Shown here: positions 30,201 through 39,992 of the stretch, piece by piece
How the letters are laid out: every line of letters begins with the position of its first letter
How positions within the stretch are numbered: the first letter of the stretch is position 1
Source of the DNA: Candidatus Krumholzibacteriota bacterium
Lineage (GTDB): Bacteria > Krumholzibacteriota > Krumholzibacteriia > JAJRXK01
Assembly (NCBI GenBank): GCA_963764625.1
Contig: CAVXTH010000006.1
Coordinates: 830,048 to 894,047, forward strand
DNA length: 64,000 nucleotides
Reading direction: 5' to 3'
Notes under the pieces: generated by a model
Databases searched by the model: none
Told to the model about the DNA's origin: nothing
The model's input: only the letters and a program-made list of their open reading frames with translations
Made by a program: the position numbers and the translations under genes

Positions 30201-32039
30201 CGAATTCAGCGAAGGAGGGGTGAATTTGTCGCGGGCGGCGTTCATGGCGTCGCCCAGTCGCGTGTTGCCCAACACGAAGATCTGCCGGAAGAATTCCTGT
30301 TGGTAGTCGTTCGCGGTGGAGGGGAACGCCTCGCGGCTTGCTCCCAAACTGGCCACGCTTCCTCCACCCGAGTGCTGGATGTAGGTCTCGAGGAGGCAGT
30401 CGAAATCGAACGCACCGGATGAACAGTTGAGGGCGTTGATCACGAAGTAGTTGGGGGCGTTGGCAAGACCCAGCGCGTCCCCGGCGAAGATGTTCGCGTC
30501 ACCCACGCTCATATTGTAGTAGAAGCCGTGACCAACGTGGTTCACCAGACCGAAGTGACCGGTCGTCATGGAGTCGAGGGCCGCCTGCTGGGTCTCCTGC
30601 AAAGTGTAAGGATAGGCGGTGTAGTTCTCGTAGAGACGGTCGCTGTCGATGAGGTTTCCCGGCGTGATGAGCGAGTTGAAGATGATGTTTTCGCTATAGG
30701 TCGCGCCGTCGAGGTTGATGGTCTGCATCCCGTCCCAATCGGAGGGAAAGAGCACCTCGCTCAGAAATAGGGCCTTGCCCAGATACGCGCCATTGCTGGT
30801 GGGAGTCTGGTACTCGAGACACTTGTCGACGAAGGTGGTGGTCTCGAGCAGATCGTTCACCGGCGCGCGTCCTACCACGACTTCCGCGATCATGTCCTGG
30901 TAGTCACCGGGATCGAGGAACGACTGATAGGCCTCTCCGAAGATCCCGTTCCCGTTCGCGTTCCAGTTTCCGTCCAGAGCGCCGAAGTAGAGGTCGGCCG
31001 GAATGTCGGTGTGCCCCCCGGACGGATAGAAGGTGCTGCGCACGTACCGCGGCGGGATGATTCCCGCATCCCCGCCCAAGAGCACGTAGTGAAGCCCCCA
31101 CTTCGCGTAGGCTTCGCGCAGGAAGTTGCGAATCGTCTCCTGCAGATCCACTCCGTGGCGATAGTTGGCGAGAATCCAATCGGTGGTGACGACCTTCGTG
31201 CGCAAACCGTGCGCGATGTGGTCGTCCGCGAGTCTCTGGAACTCGGACACCAGGGAGGGAATGGTCACAATCACGTAGTCGACGCGTCCACCCGCGAAGA
31301 CTTCGTCCTCGGCCAGCGGCGAGGGCGCCTTGGTCGAAGAGGATTTGAGCAACTCGGGCATGATCCCGGCCGGAGGCGCGTACGCCGAAACCTGTCCGGG
31401 GTTGACCACGAGCTCTCTCACCCGCGCGGCGGCGCGCTCGGCCACCCCCGGCCAGGCGATTTCACGCTCTGCGACATCATCCATCGCCTGATCGGCCAGC
31501 TCGAGGTTCAGCTCACCGCTCTGGAGAATCTCCACCGCTCCATTGCCGAGCACGCGCATCGGAAAGATGTCCACCGAACCCAGTCGGTATCCCTCCATGA
31601 CGGAAAAACCCTGTCCCCTCGCCGCAGCGGAGGGGAAGATGCCGCCATCGCTCCAGTCCTCGCGCAGTCCGTCCATGCTCACGCTGACTGCGTTTCCCTG
31701 ATCGCTCACCAGTTCCTTCGCGCGCGCCAAGTTGCTCGGACCACTCACGCGCTTCCACTTCGCGTTCACCAGTTCGACTCGAGACAGTGTCTTTCCCTGA
31801 GGAAGCAACACCCTCCAGGTCGTGTACGGAAGAGCCGGCGCTCCGGTGGCGCGCAAGTTCTCCATCCCGGGAAGGGAGTAGATGAGTCCATCGGGAGACT
31901 CGACGAGCTCCAGCTGCGCGGCGTCGAAGCCCACGGGAAGCTCGATCTGCGCGGCCAACGCATCCGCCTGGGGAAAGAAACAGAGGAGAGCAAAGCTCAG
32001 AACGGAAAGTCGGAACGAAACCCGGTGGACTGGGTTCAT
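27219..32039 (-). CDS. Second C25 (gingipain-like) peptidase paralog with the same architecture
   Basis: Start MNPVHRV after AGGAGG; propeptide-like region GAPALP, NHVGHG and LNCSS dyad, FG-GAP-like repeats, [24 protein letters not shown]. Confidence 0.88.
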   Translation of the reverse strand: MNPVHRVSFRLSVLSFALLCFFPQADALAAQIELPVGFDAAQLELVESPDGLIYSLPGMENLRATGAPALPYTTWRVLLPQGKTLSRVELVNAKWKRVSGPSNLARAKELVSDQGNAVSVSMDGLREDWSDGGIFPSAAARGQGFSVMEGYRLGSVDIFPMRVLGNGAVEILQSGELNLELADQAMDDVAEREIAWPGVAERAAARVRELVVNPGQVSAYAPPAGIMPELLKSSSTKAPSPLAEDEVFAGGRVDYVIVTIPSLVSEFQRLADDHIAHGLRTKVVTTDWILANYRHGVDLQETIRNFLREAYAKWGLHYVLLGGDAGIIPPRYVRSTFYPSGGHTDIPADLYFGALDGNWNANGNGIFGEAYQSFLDPGDYQDMIAEVVVGRAPVNDLLETTTFVDKCLEYQTPTSNGAYLGKALFLSEVLFPSDWDGMQTINLDGATYSENIIFNSLITPGNLIDSDRLYENYTAYPYTLQETQQAALDSMTTGHFGLVNHVGHGFYYNMSVGDANIFAGDALGLANAPNYFVINALNCSSGAFDFDCLLETYIQHSGGGSVASLGASREAFPSTANDYQQEFFRQIFVLGNTRLGDAMNAARDKFTPPSLNSEEFKRWTHFCYTLLGDPALRMWRKPPVTPLVTKPSSVPLGTSQITVGVSDTGLPVPAARVTLHKPGEVWATGLTDTLTGQVTIDFQPLTQGTIDVVVDGASLQPQFQTITVAGAAAANIVGSPLSIDDGGGGNGLADSGESIDWYFHFENNGNGSFAGGVDAVLRPVDATGATVTDSTITVGDLAGSATADPSDPVSIDLSPSITDGTTLSFDLVSTSGPNTWTQRVYLKVIAPEPQVVRVFSDDSVTGNNDGIPQPGEVVELHVEIKNYGAGELSGITGVLSSSSPNLTISQGNDTWPDLGVKVSAYGNTNFQVAESDTSTENRMILALMDSKGHSWTHSIELREPAPPTGVVPFTNLGPTTIALHWEPSTANHLMGYRVYRSNTQGGPYAEITQDVLLRSGFFRDDDLATLTRYYYEVATVDSSGVEGPRTSEVSASTAPPEIGNAYPLPTNSTVEGGLAVGDLRADGVQFAVLGGNLVYALDAHANELLDGDGNAQTLGPINNLGSDFTFAGITLANLDGNPGLEILAGDWLGKNAYVLDTNGNPLPGWPQNTGSQNWASFSVGDLDGDLQPEIVTNTVGGKTYAWHVDGSEVLNGDSNAGTNGVFAVRTGEIYNRSTISLYDLDQDGGREMIFGTNWRDGTDNMVHAYKYDGTEAPGWPKNLGPNGYNATSITIADLDRDGTVELIFPCENDSLYIWEPDGSNYMNFPMHFSSNSDDLDGKTPSFAVGNLDGDPELEMVGVSVLSRTNVSIYVFEHDGVVKNGWPQSIAAFSRSSPILGDIDGDGVPDIIFASGGEDIPDNLYAFKADGSTMAGFPISLSGSPWGTPLLTDFDGDGDVDLLLAGYDNLLHAWDLPGAYDPTLLPWPTFQGNYKRTGVYQDPTATAVETQGSTPASRLVLRQNVPNPFNPSTVINFDVPSELNEAMARVTIYDLAGRRVRTLLAQPLPAGHHEIRWNGRDASGRSVASGVYFTRLEVGTEVRSLKMTLAK

Positions 32040-32274
32040 GTTCTTCCTCCTGGAATGCAGCTCTCCGCGGGATGGTTCCGTCGAAGAGGCAAGAGTTGCG
32101 TAAATAGAAGAGAACCAACGACCCGGCTTCGATCGCCCCTGCCGTGGGACGGTATCTTCCCCCAGAGCACACGGTATACGTGCGCTGAAGCCGGAAGACC
32201 GACTGCGCAGAGGAAAGCGAACAGGAGCCTGAGTCTTTTTCACGAGTTGCGAGCCCAACGAGATCGTGGGTCAG

Positions 32275-32304
32275 ATTCTACCCCAAGCCCGTCGGAGCGG
32301 TCAA
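32275..32304 (-). promoter_or_regulatory. sigma70 promoter of the C25-C25-clpB unit
   Basis: TTGACC-N18-TAGAAT, giving a ~230-nt leader. Confidence 0.55.
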
Positions 32305-32338
32305 GGGTGTCCCATGCTAAGCTGTTATGAAACAACGA

Positions 32339-33667
32339 TTAGCGATAGCTCTGGGTCGCGGAAATGCCCTCGCTCAGCCGCCGAAGATAAAGATGGGTCC
32401 CCGGGGCAAGCGGCTGGCTCCGGGCCAGGGGGATGTCGAGAAGGAGCGGTCGTTCCGTGTAGTTGCGAATGATGGTCCACGGTCCCCGTTGCAGAACCGA
32501 CCAACCCCGCCGCCTCAGTTGCGCGACCTCGACATCCACACAATAGCGGACTTCGCCGGTGGATTCAAGTTCGGTGAGCAGGCGTTTTAGTTGCAGCCGG
32601 CCCGCCCGCGACACCAGGGGATTCAGATGCGAGAACTGAAGCCGGTGCGCCTCGACGATCGCGGGCTCCCCTCGTCCCCATGCCCGTGCAACTTGATCCG
32701 CCGCCTGCGAGGCGCCCGCGAAACATTTGGGGTCCGGATCGCCGTAGGGTTCCAGGTGCACGTTTCTGTCCAGGTACACGAATCGATTCGCGCAGCGATC
32801 TCTCCAACGAGAGATGACCTTGATCACCCGGCGCTCGATCTTGCCCCCCAGCCCACTCCGGTTCAGCCCGGGATCGATCTGTTCCCGCTTGGCTTGCACC
32901 ACTTGCAGTCCCTGTCGCGCCCACGCCCGTTCGTCCTGCGCGCCCCAGGTATAGTCCGGAGCAATCACGCTCGCGGGCGCGCGTCCGAATCGCTGGCGAA
33001 ATAACTCACACGACAGATCGGCGAAGGCACGCGCCTGTTCCCCGTTGCCGCTGCCGAGCTCGGTCAATGTCAGCCAATGCGGAAACGCGACCACTCCAAA
33101 GGCGCGTGCACGCACGCTCAAACTGGAAGCCTGCGCAACGGCGTGTTCGTAGGCACCGAGGTCGAAGTGGGTGAGTCCGTGCAGCTCGGCGCGCCATACT
33201 CCCTGCGTGCGCGCCTCGTCCACCGCCTGGTTCAGCCCCGGTCGCGCATAGGCGCCGCAGCTTCCCGGCTGCCGCAAGAGCACCGAGCTTCCCTGAAGGT
33301 GGAAGTCATTCGTTCCGCACGAATCTAGATCGATGGCGGCCATGATGTGGTTGGCTTGAATGACCGCCGGCAATCCGTCGCTGTCGCGATGGGCGCGCAG
33401 AATCGCGGTCAAGGACTCCACGTCCGCCGCGGTCTCCAGAGAGGATTCCGCGTAGCGCTGAAGCCAAGGACTCAGATGGGCGCTCTGGTTCGCGATCGCC
33501 CGCGCGGCCCGAAGATCGGGAACCCAGGCCTCCATACCCCAGTCGTCGCTTTCGATCACCACGAGGTGCCAGCGGCCGAGGTCGATCGCGGAGGGAGCGG
33601 GCGAGAGAAAGTGTGCCGTGGCGAACGCCAGGTACACCAGAACCACGAGGAGACCGGCTCGCTTCAT
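32339..33667 (-). CDS. Polysaccharide deacetylase-like (NodB-fold) membrane-anchored protein
   Basis: N-terminal TM helix, VVIESDDWG, ELHGLTH, APDYTW, EAHR. Confidence 0.65.
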   Translation of the reverse strand: MKRAGLLVVLVYLAFATAHFLSPAPSAIDLGRWHLVVIESDDWGMEAWVPDLRAARAIANQSAHLSPWLQRYAESSLETAADVESLTAILRAHRDSDGLPAVIQANHIMAAIDLDSCGTNDFHLQGSSVLLRQPGSCGAYARPGLNQAVDEARTQGVWRAELHGLTHFDLGAYEHAVAQASSLSVRARAFGVVAFPHWLTLTELGSGNGEQARAFADLSCELFRQRFGRAPASVIAPDYTWGAQDERAWARQGLQVVQAKREQIDPGLNRSGLGGKIERRVIKVISRWRDRCANRFVYLDRNVHLEPYGDPDPKCFAGASQAADQVARAWGRGEPAIVEAHRLQFSHLNPLVSRAGRLQLKRLLTELESTGEVRYCVDVEVAQLRRRGWSVLQRGPWTIIRNYTERPLLLDIPLARSQPLAPGTHLYLRRLSEGISATQSYR

Positions 33668-33669
33668 TC

Positions 33670-34336
33670 TCACCTCTCTGAGCTGGCGCGATAGATCTGA
33701 CACCAGTACCGGCCGTAGCTCATTCCCTCTTCTTCCACTTTGCGCGCCAGCGCTTCCACCTGACGGGGAGCGTAGCCCGAGCGGAACAGCCACGCGATGG
33801 GGGCACGCGGCGTCTGGACCACTTCCTCATTCTGCAGAATCGTCTCCCATTGCGGAATGCCGAAACGCCTTTTGAAGAGAGAACGCACCCCCTCGGGCGA
33901 GACCGTGGCCGCGGCCCGATCCGTTTGCGTCTCCGCCAAGAGCTGCAGCGCCTGCCGGTAGTTTCTCTCGGCCGGAGTCTTCCCCTTGGGATGATCCTCC
34001 AGGACAAAGACCTGGCCTCCATCGCCCAGACAGCGGTGGACTTCGTCGACAGTTCGTCCGGCTGCTTCGCGTATCGAGCTGACGGAGGAGATTCGCCATC
34101 ACGACCGCTTGCAGAGAGTGAGTGCGAAAGGGAAGTCGCGCCGCGTCGGCGGCGAGAGCGATGTAGCCGGCGGGATGCGGAGGATAGGCGCGATCCAAGA
34201 GAAAGGGATGAAGGTCGAGGGAGTCCATGCGCGCGCTGAAGTTTCCCTCGCCGGCGCCAATCTCGACCAATGGACCACGCGCTTGCGCGGTGCGCAGTTC
34301 CTCAGTGATTCTCGTCTCCAAGGGCCAGAACGACAT
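33670..34336 (-). CDS. Class I SAM-dependent methyltransferase; +1 frameshift near 34072
   Basis: LVEIGAGEG and ADAARLPF, continuing as VDEVHRCLGDGGQVFVLED in the next frame. Confidence 0.7.
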
Positions 34337-35609
34337 CGTCGTGTGACGCTCCCCCCTCTTTCGCTTCCGCCGCGATGAGATCGGCGGAGGCCATTTCCTG
34401 CGTCGGCGCTTCCGCCGCCCGCGACGGAGAGGTCCGGCTGGCGGAGGCGCCCAGAACTTCCGGACGAGCCCACTGCTGCTGCGAGTACCGCGGCATCTCG
34501 ATGATCTCCGCCAGCTGGCGTCGTGAGACCTCCGACACGAAGTACTCGCGCGCTCCCAGCAGATATTCGATCGCTTCCCGCGCCGTCGGTCGACCGGTAC
34601 GAGGCAGAGTGTACGCGATTTCCACCGCCATGGCGGCCAAAGCGCCCAGGGCCAAGATGGAGGCGTTCGCCTGCCCGCCAATGAAGACGGCAAAGCCGGC
34701 GAAGGCCAGCGAGGCGAACCACAGCGCGCTGGTGGCGCGCCGGGGACTCATTCCCAACCGGAGCAGACGATGATGCAGGTGCTCGTCGTCAGCGCGGAAG
34801 ATACTCACGCCGCGCCGTCGGCGCCGGAAAATGGTGGTGGCGGTGTCGAGGATCGGGATCGCCATCGCGACGACCGCGATGAGGGGAAGGCTCGGGGTCG
34901 TCTGACTCAGCCCGATGGCCAGTCCGGCCAGCCACAGGCCCAGAAGCATCGAACCCGCGTCGCCCAGGAAGATACGCGGGTACGAGAGGTTCGAGCGCAA
35001 GAATCCCAGGACGCCGCCCAGCATCGCTCCCACGAAGAGTAGCCCCACCGGATCGGTGGGATAGATCGCCATGCCCATCCCCGCGAGCACGATGATCCCG
35101 ATGCCGCTCGCCAGGCCGTCCAGCCCATCGATGAGATTCATGCTGTTGATGAACCCCAGGTACCAGAACAGGGTGAAGGGTCCGCCGAGCAGACCCAACT
35201 CGACCGTGCCCAGGAAGGGAAGGCTGATCTGGTGCAGGGTCAAACCGGAAGCCATGGGGAGCATCACGACCGCGACCTGGCCCAGGAGCTTCTTCTCGGC
35301 GTGGAGTCCAAAGCGATCGTCCAGGACCCCCAGCACCAAAGTCCCCAGACCGGCCAGGCCCAATGCGGCGAAGGAATGGGCCGAGAAGGGCAAATCGACA
35401 AAAAATGCCAGAACCCAGGCAGTGAGCACGACCGACGCGTAGATCGCCAGCCCTCCGCTACAGGGCACCGCCTCTCGCTGCGAGCGGCGCCAGGAGGGAT
35501 GGTCGACCAGTCCCATCGCCATTCCCAGGCGACGAACCAGAGGCATCAGGAGATGAGAGAGAAGGGCGCACGCAGCCACCAGCGCCAGAAGATGCGGAAT
35601 CGAGATCAT
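34302..35609 (-). CDS. WecA/TagO-family undecaprenyl-phosphate HexNAc-1-phosphate transferase with C-terminal tail
   Basis: SGGLAI, GVLDD, NSMNLIDGLDGLA, IFLGDAGS, HLHHRL. Confidence 0.92.
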   Translation of the reverse strand: MISIPHLLALVAACALLSHLLMPLVRRLGMAMGLVDHPSWRRSQREAVPCSGGLAIYASVVLTAWVLAFFVDLPFSAHSFAALGLAGLGTLVLGVLDDRFGLHAEKKLLGQVAVVMLPMASGLTLHQISLPFLGTVELGLLGGPFTLFWYLGFINSMNLIDGLDGLASGIGIIVLAGMGMAIYPTDPVGLLFVGAMLGGVLGFLRSNLSYPRIFLGDAGSMLLGLWLAGLAIGLSQTTPSLPLIAVVAMAIPILDTATTIFRRRRRGVSIFRADDEHLHHRLLRLGMSPRRATSALWFASLAFAGFAVFIGGQANASILALGALAAMAVEIAYTLPRTGRPTAREAIEYLLGAREYFVSEVSRRQLAEIIEMPRYSQQQWARPEVLGASASRTSPSRAAEAPTQEMASADLIAAEAKEGGASHDDVVLALGDENH

Positions 35610-36772
35610 CAACCGCCTACCTGGTCTCCACGAACCGGAAGCAGATCCGGCTCGCGAAGCGCCCTAAGAGTTACTCTCAGCCCCGCGCTCCCACGTAAAC
35701 GAGCGGGCCCGATTCGATCCGGCCGCCGCCAGGCGCTCGCGCAGGGTCGAATCGTCGGCCAGGCGACGCATAGCCCGTTCCAATTCCCCGCTATTCCGCG
35801 GATCGACGAGCAGAGCGGCGTCCTCGGTCACTTCGGCAGTGGCGATCCCTTTCGAGGTCAGCACGGGGCACCCCCTGGCCATGGCTTCCAACGCCGGAAG
35901 GCCGAAGCCTTCGTAGAGCGAGGGAAACAGGAGCGCCAGCGCCCGGTCGTACTCCTTCAGGAGATCGGACGGACGGCAGTACCCCAAAATCTTCAGTCGG
36001 GAAGGATCCGGGTGGGCCAGGATCGTCCGCCGAATACCGGCGTCTTCCCACCCGCGGCCCCCGACGACTCGAAGCGCGGGAAAATCGGGATCGAAGCGAC
36101 ACAGCGCCGCGTGCGCCGTGAGCAAGCGCTCCAGATTCTTCCGAGGCTCCAATGTGCCGACGAAGAGAAAACTCGATCGCGGCACGCCTTGGCGCCGGGA
36201 CCATCCTGCTTCCTCTTCCTCGCCGTTAACCAGGTAGGCTGATGGAACTCCTCCGGGAGCGATCCTGATTTTCCTGACGGCGCTCGGCTCGTACTCGGCG
36301 AGTTCGCGCGCCATCGTTCTCGTCGTCACGAAGACGAGCTTCGATCTACGGATGGATCGCCGCACCACGAACTGGTAGTAGAGGCGTTTCATCCGCGGCA
36401 TCGTCGCGGGGTAATGGTGAAAGGTGAGATCGTGCACCAAAACCGATGTGGCGAAGCGTCCCCACAGCGGCGCGATGAAGTTCACTCCCATCACCAAATC
36501 CACACCCAGGCGTTCCGCCAGTCGCGGGACCGTGGTGTGCGTCGCCATCATGCGACCCCACGAGTCATCGCGCAAGAGCTGAATTGGCTCCACCGAGAAC
36601 CCGTCGATCCCCCGCAAAAAGTCGAATTCTCGCGGGTGAACCGCCGCGATGACGAACTCTTCGTCCTCGCAGAGTCATGCGGCTCAGAGCGCGAATCAGC
36701 TTCGAGGGTATAGACGCCCACACCGGTCTGGCCGGGTCCGACCTGGAGAGCGGGGATGAGAATTCGCCTCAT
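35609..36772 (-). CDS. GT4 glycosyltransferase (MtfB-like); three +1 frameshifts (~36701, ~36669, ~35675)
   Basis: TGVGVYT, VHDL, FVGTLEPRKN, PSLYEGFGLPALEAMARG. The repaired frame ends with a TGATG overlap into the wecA-like gene. Confidence 0.85.
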
Positions 36773-36773
36773 C

Positions 36774-38157
36774 TCAGCTCACGCCTTCCCGGCGCACCGC
36801 CGCGGCCGCCATCCCGCCTAAAAGCCAGAGGTGGGGCAGATTCAGCTGGCTAAAGGTCAACATCTGCAAAAGCATGGCCGCGAGGCAAGAGGCCAGCACG
36901 AACGAGAGGGCGCTCTCCCCCCTGCCACCGGGCCGAAACAGGCGCCGAAGCGGCGACAGAGGCCGCGCCAACACCCAGGCCCACAAAAGGGCCCCCACCG
37001 CTCCGGTCTCGGCCAACACGCGCAGAGGGAAAGCTATTCGTGACCGGCCAGCCGAAGACGGCAGCGTTTCCCGAGTCCGCCGCAACCCGATAGAACCAGA
37101 AACCGAATCCACTCCAACCCACCCCGAACAGCGGGTGCGCCAGAAAGAGGCTCAGCGCGGCTTGCCAGGAGCTCAGCCGCGTGAGATTCGAGAGATCGTG
37201 ATGGGCGAAGCTCTGGGCCATCCGGGCCACGAGAAGGCGCGGCAGCTCGGTGATGCCGCCGGCGGTGAACAAGGTGCTCAGCACATTCGCACCCAAAAGC
37301 AGGAGGACGCCCACCGGAATTCCCACCCGCTTGGAAGGACGGGGAAGGATTCCGCGCGCCATGCCCATCCCGGTGAGAAAGAGCAAGAGCAGAAAGCCGA
37401 GGTACACTCCGCGGCTGAAGGTCAGGAGCAGACACACCAATCCCAACAGCAGCGCGAGCGCGCGCCACGCTCTCGACCATCCCCGCGCACGCGTCAGTGC
37501 CATGGTGGTCAAGGGGAGAACGCACAGTAGATAGCTTCCGAAGTAGAGGGGCTCCGCCGCGCCGGAGCGCACCCGCGGGATGCCCACGAAGCTGTGCCCC
37601 AGATAGAGTTCGTCGCTTCCCGACGCGATCGCGGAATTGGAGGAGAGAATCGCGAGCAGTCGATGCCCGGCCGGCAGCTCCACCAGAAACGCCAGCGCGA
37701 GATACAACCCTACCAGCGACGAGAGCAAAAGCCCCAGGCTCGCCGCGCGCTCCCAGCGCAGAAGAGTGCGCTGCGGATCCGCGCTACGCGCCAGGAGCAT
37801 GGTGGGAAGGAGAGCCAGCGCGAAGAAGTAGATGAGTTGCACCGATTGTTTCAGTGCTTTCAGCCAGGGCAGCTCGCCTTGCAGCCCCATCTCCTGCAAG
37901 CGCCACAGCGCCGCGGTGCCCAAAAGGATCCACAGAAGAAGAGCTAGCCAGCGCTCTCCCTCTTCATCCCTTCCCTGCCAGCCCAGAAACGGCAGGAGAA
38001 GCAGAGCCAGCCCCCCGCTCACGAGCGCCGGTTGCGCTCCGGTGCCCAGCGAACGGCCGACGAGCAGCTGCGCCAGGCCCACGCCAATCCAAGGGAGGAG
38101 AAAGAGGGTCGCGGCCAACAACCACTCGGCCGAGCTGAGCGCGCCACGACGCGGCAT
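36774..38157 (-). CDS. O-antigen ligase/polymerase family (Wzy_C) membrane protein; +1 frameshift near 37028
   Basis: RVRSGAAEPLYFG, TFSRG, SNLTR, PLFGVG; TNSFP continues as LRVLAETG after repair. Confidence 0.8.
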
Positions 38158-38162
38158 CGCGT

Positions 38163-39931
38163 TCACCGGACCAAAAGGCCCCCCGCCGCGTGCCCCGTGC
38201 CCTCCAGGAGGCGCGCCGCGTCCTTCAAATTCGCCCGTCGCGTACGACCGGTCCGCGCGACGAGAAGCGCGAGACCGGGTGGCGAGAGTTTCGTCGAGTA
38301 CAGCTCCTCGAAACTCCCGGCCGCGACCTCCAGATCGGGTCGGAGCTGCGCCAGGCGGGCTCTTCACCCGCGAACCCAGATCCAGAACGTTTTCGCCATC
38401 GACTCCCACCAGCCACAGAGCCCCCAGCCCTTGTTGCAGTCGCTGTGCCGCGGCCACCGCTGCGAGATCGGGCGGAATGCTTCCGCCTTCGGAGCTAGGT
38501 CGGGAGAGCACCGCAACTCCGGTGAGCCACGCGGCCTCGTCGGCGTCGCGCACGGTGGGATCGAATCCCTCCACCACCGCGCCCGCGCCACTTCCCAAGA
38601 GGATGGTGATCAACAGAGCTCCCGCCATCGCCATGAGCCTGCGGGGAGACGAGGGGCGCAAGGGAATCTCGGCCGGATGAATGGTCTGGAGGCGACTGTC
38701 GTGCTTTTGCGCGAGCATCTCCGCCTCGACCATGCGCTGCTGTACCAGCTCGTAGGTCTCCTTGGCCATCTTGGCCTCGCGCTCGTAGCGGGCTTCCGCC
38801 GCGGCCAGGGCGGGAATGACCACCATGCGCGATTGCAGCGAATCCACTTCGGCGTCGAGGCGCTCCACTTGCGCCTTGCGGCCCAGGATGTCGGGCTCGA
38901 AGTCGTGGATGGCACCGAGGAGTTTCTCCGCCAGGGCGACTGGATTCCCTTCGAGCGAGGGATCGCTGGGAAGGGTTCGACCCTCTTCCTCCAGCACCGA
39001 AGCCGCGCGATCGATACGCTTGCGCAAGCTCTGGATCTGCGCGGCGTCTTCGTCCGCGCCCGCCGCCAAGAGGTACTGCAGGCGGGCCCGGTCCCTGGAT
39101 AGTTGCTTGCGCAGGGCGTCGGCCACCGACGCGGGATCGCTGTGTAGACTGGCCTGGAATCGCGAATAGATCTTCGCGAGTTGTGCCTCCCGTTCGCTGA
39201 GGCGGCTCTTCTGGCCCGAGAGCTCGGCGTCGTTCATCGCCGCCTCGGCGCGCAGGCGAATGATCTCGCGCACCACCGCGCGCCCTTCCTCCACCAGGTC
39301 CATCACCTGTTGCTTGCTGCGGAAATTTTGCAGCTCCTCGTTCCGATCGTCGAGGATCTTGTGCCACTTCGCCTCTTCCGCGCGCAGGTTGTCCTAACCA
39401 CTCCACCGTCGCGCTGCGGTTGAGGCTGTCCTGCACCGTGGCGTAGGTGCGCAGAGCCAGGTTCGCCAAGCGCGCAGCTCCCTCCGCGGTGGACGCGGTG
39501 GCTTCCACTCGAAGGACTCCGGTCTTGTCTCTCGAGCTCGCGCGGAGCCGGTCATCGAGCGCCATGAGCAGAGCCTCGTCCTCGTCCTCGCTTTTCTTCC
39601 CTCCGAGCTCGCGTAGTTCTTGCAGAAGCTCGGGATCCTGATCGCGGATCGCGTGCACGATGGCTCGGTGCACCGATCCGCTGCGCAAAACCTCGAGGTG
39701 ATTGTTGACGACGAAAACGTACTGCACCGGGAAAGGCCGGCCGTTGCCGAAGCGCAGATCGGCTTCGACCTCGCGGTAGGGAACGATCGTGCGTGCCACC
39801 GCGCGGTAAAGGGTGGGAGTGGTGAGCAGGTAGATGGCAGTTCCCAGAATGGACACCAGCAGCGCCGCCAGGTAGGACCAGCGGTGGCGCCTCACAAACG
39901 CGAAGTAGGGAGCCAATGGCGCCGCATTCAT
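38163..39931 (-). CDS. Wzc/GumC-like polysaccharide co-polymerase with degenerate kinase domain; +1 frameshifts near 39395 and 38361
   Basis: Two TM helices flanking a long coiled coil, PAEIPLRPSSP motif. The repaired tail LLVARTGRTRRANLKDAARLL lacks Walker A and a Tyr cluster. Confidence 0.78.
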
Positions 39932-39992
39932 GGTTCTTCTTTCCGCATGGCCTTCTTTAGTAGCATGGAAGGCCCCGGCGGCCAAGTCAGAA

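Noticed and set aside
36850-39306. 818-aa ORF that looks like a novel Wzc-O-antigen ligase fusion
   Set aside because: The junction (KSPPGAAPTRSGG...) is off-frame sequence. Removing one base near 38361 gives a proper Wzc-like tail that stops at 38163, just before the ligase ATG at 38157.
33670-39931. Programmed frameshifting or phase variation in the EPS operon
   Set aside because: No slippery heptamers or long simple-sequence tracts at the break sites, and three breaks in one gene fit sequencing error better.
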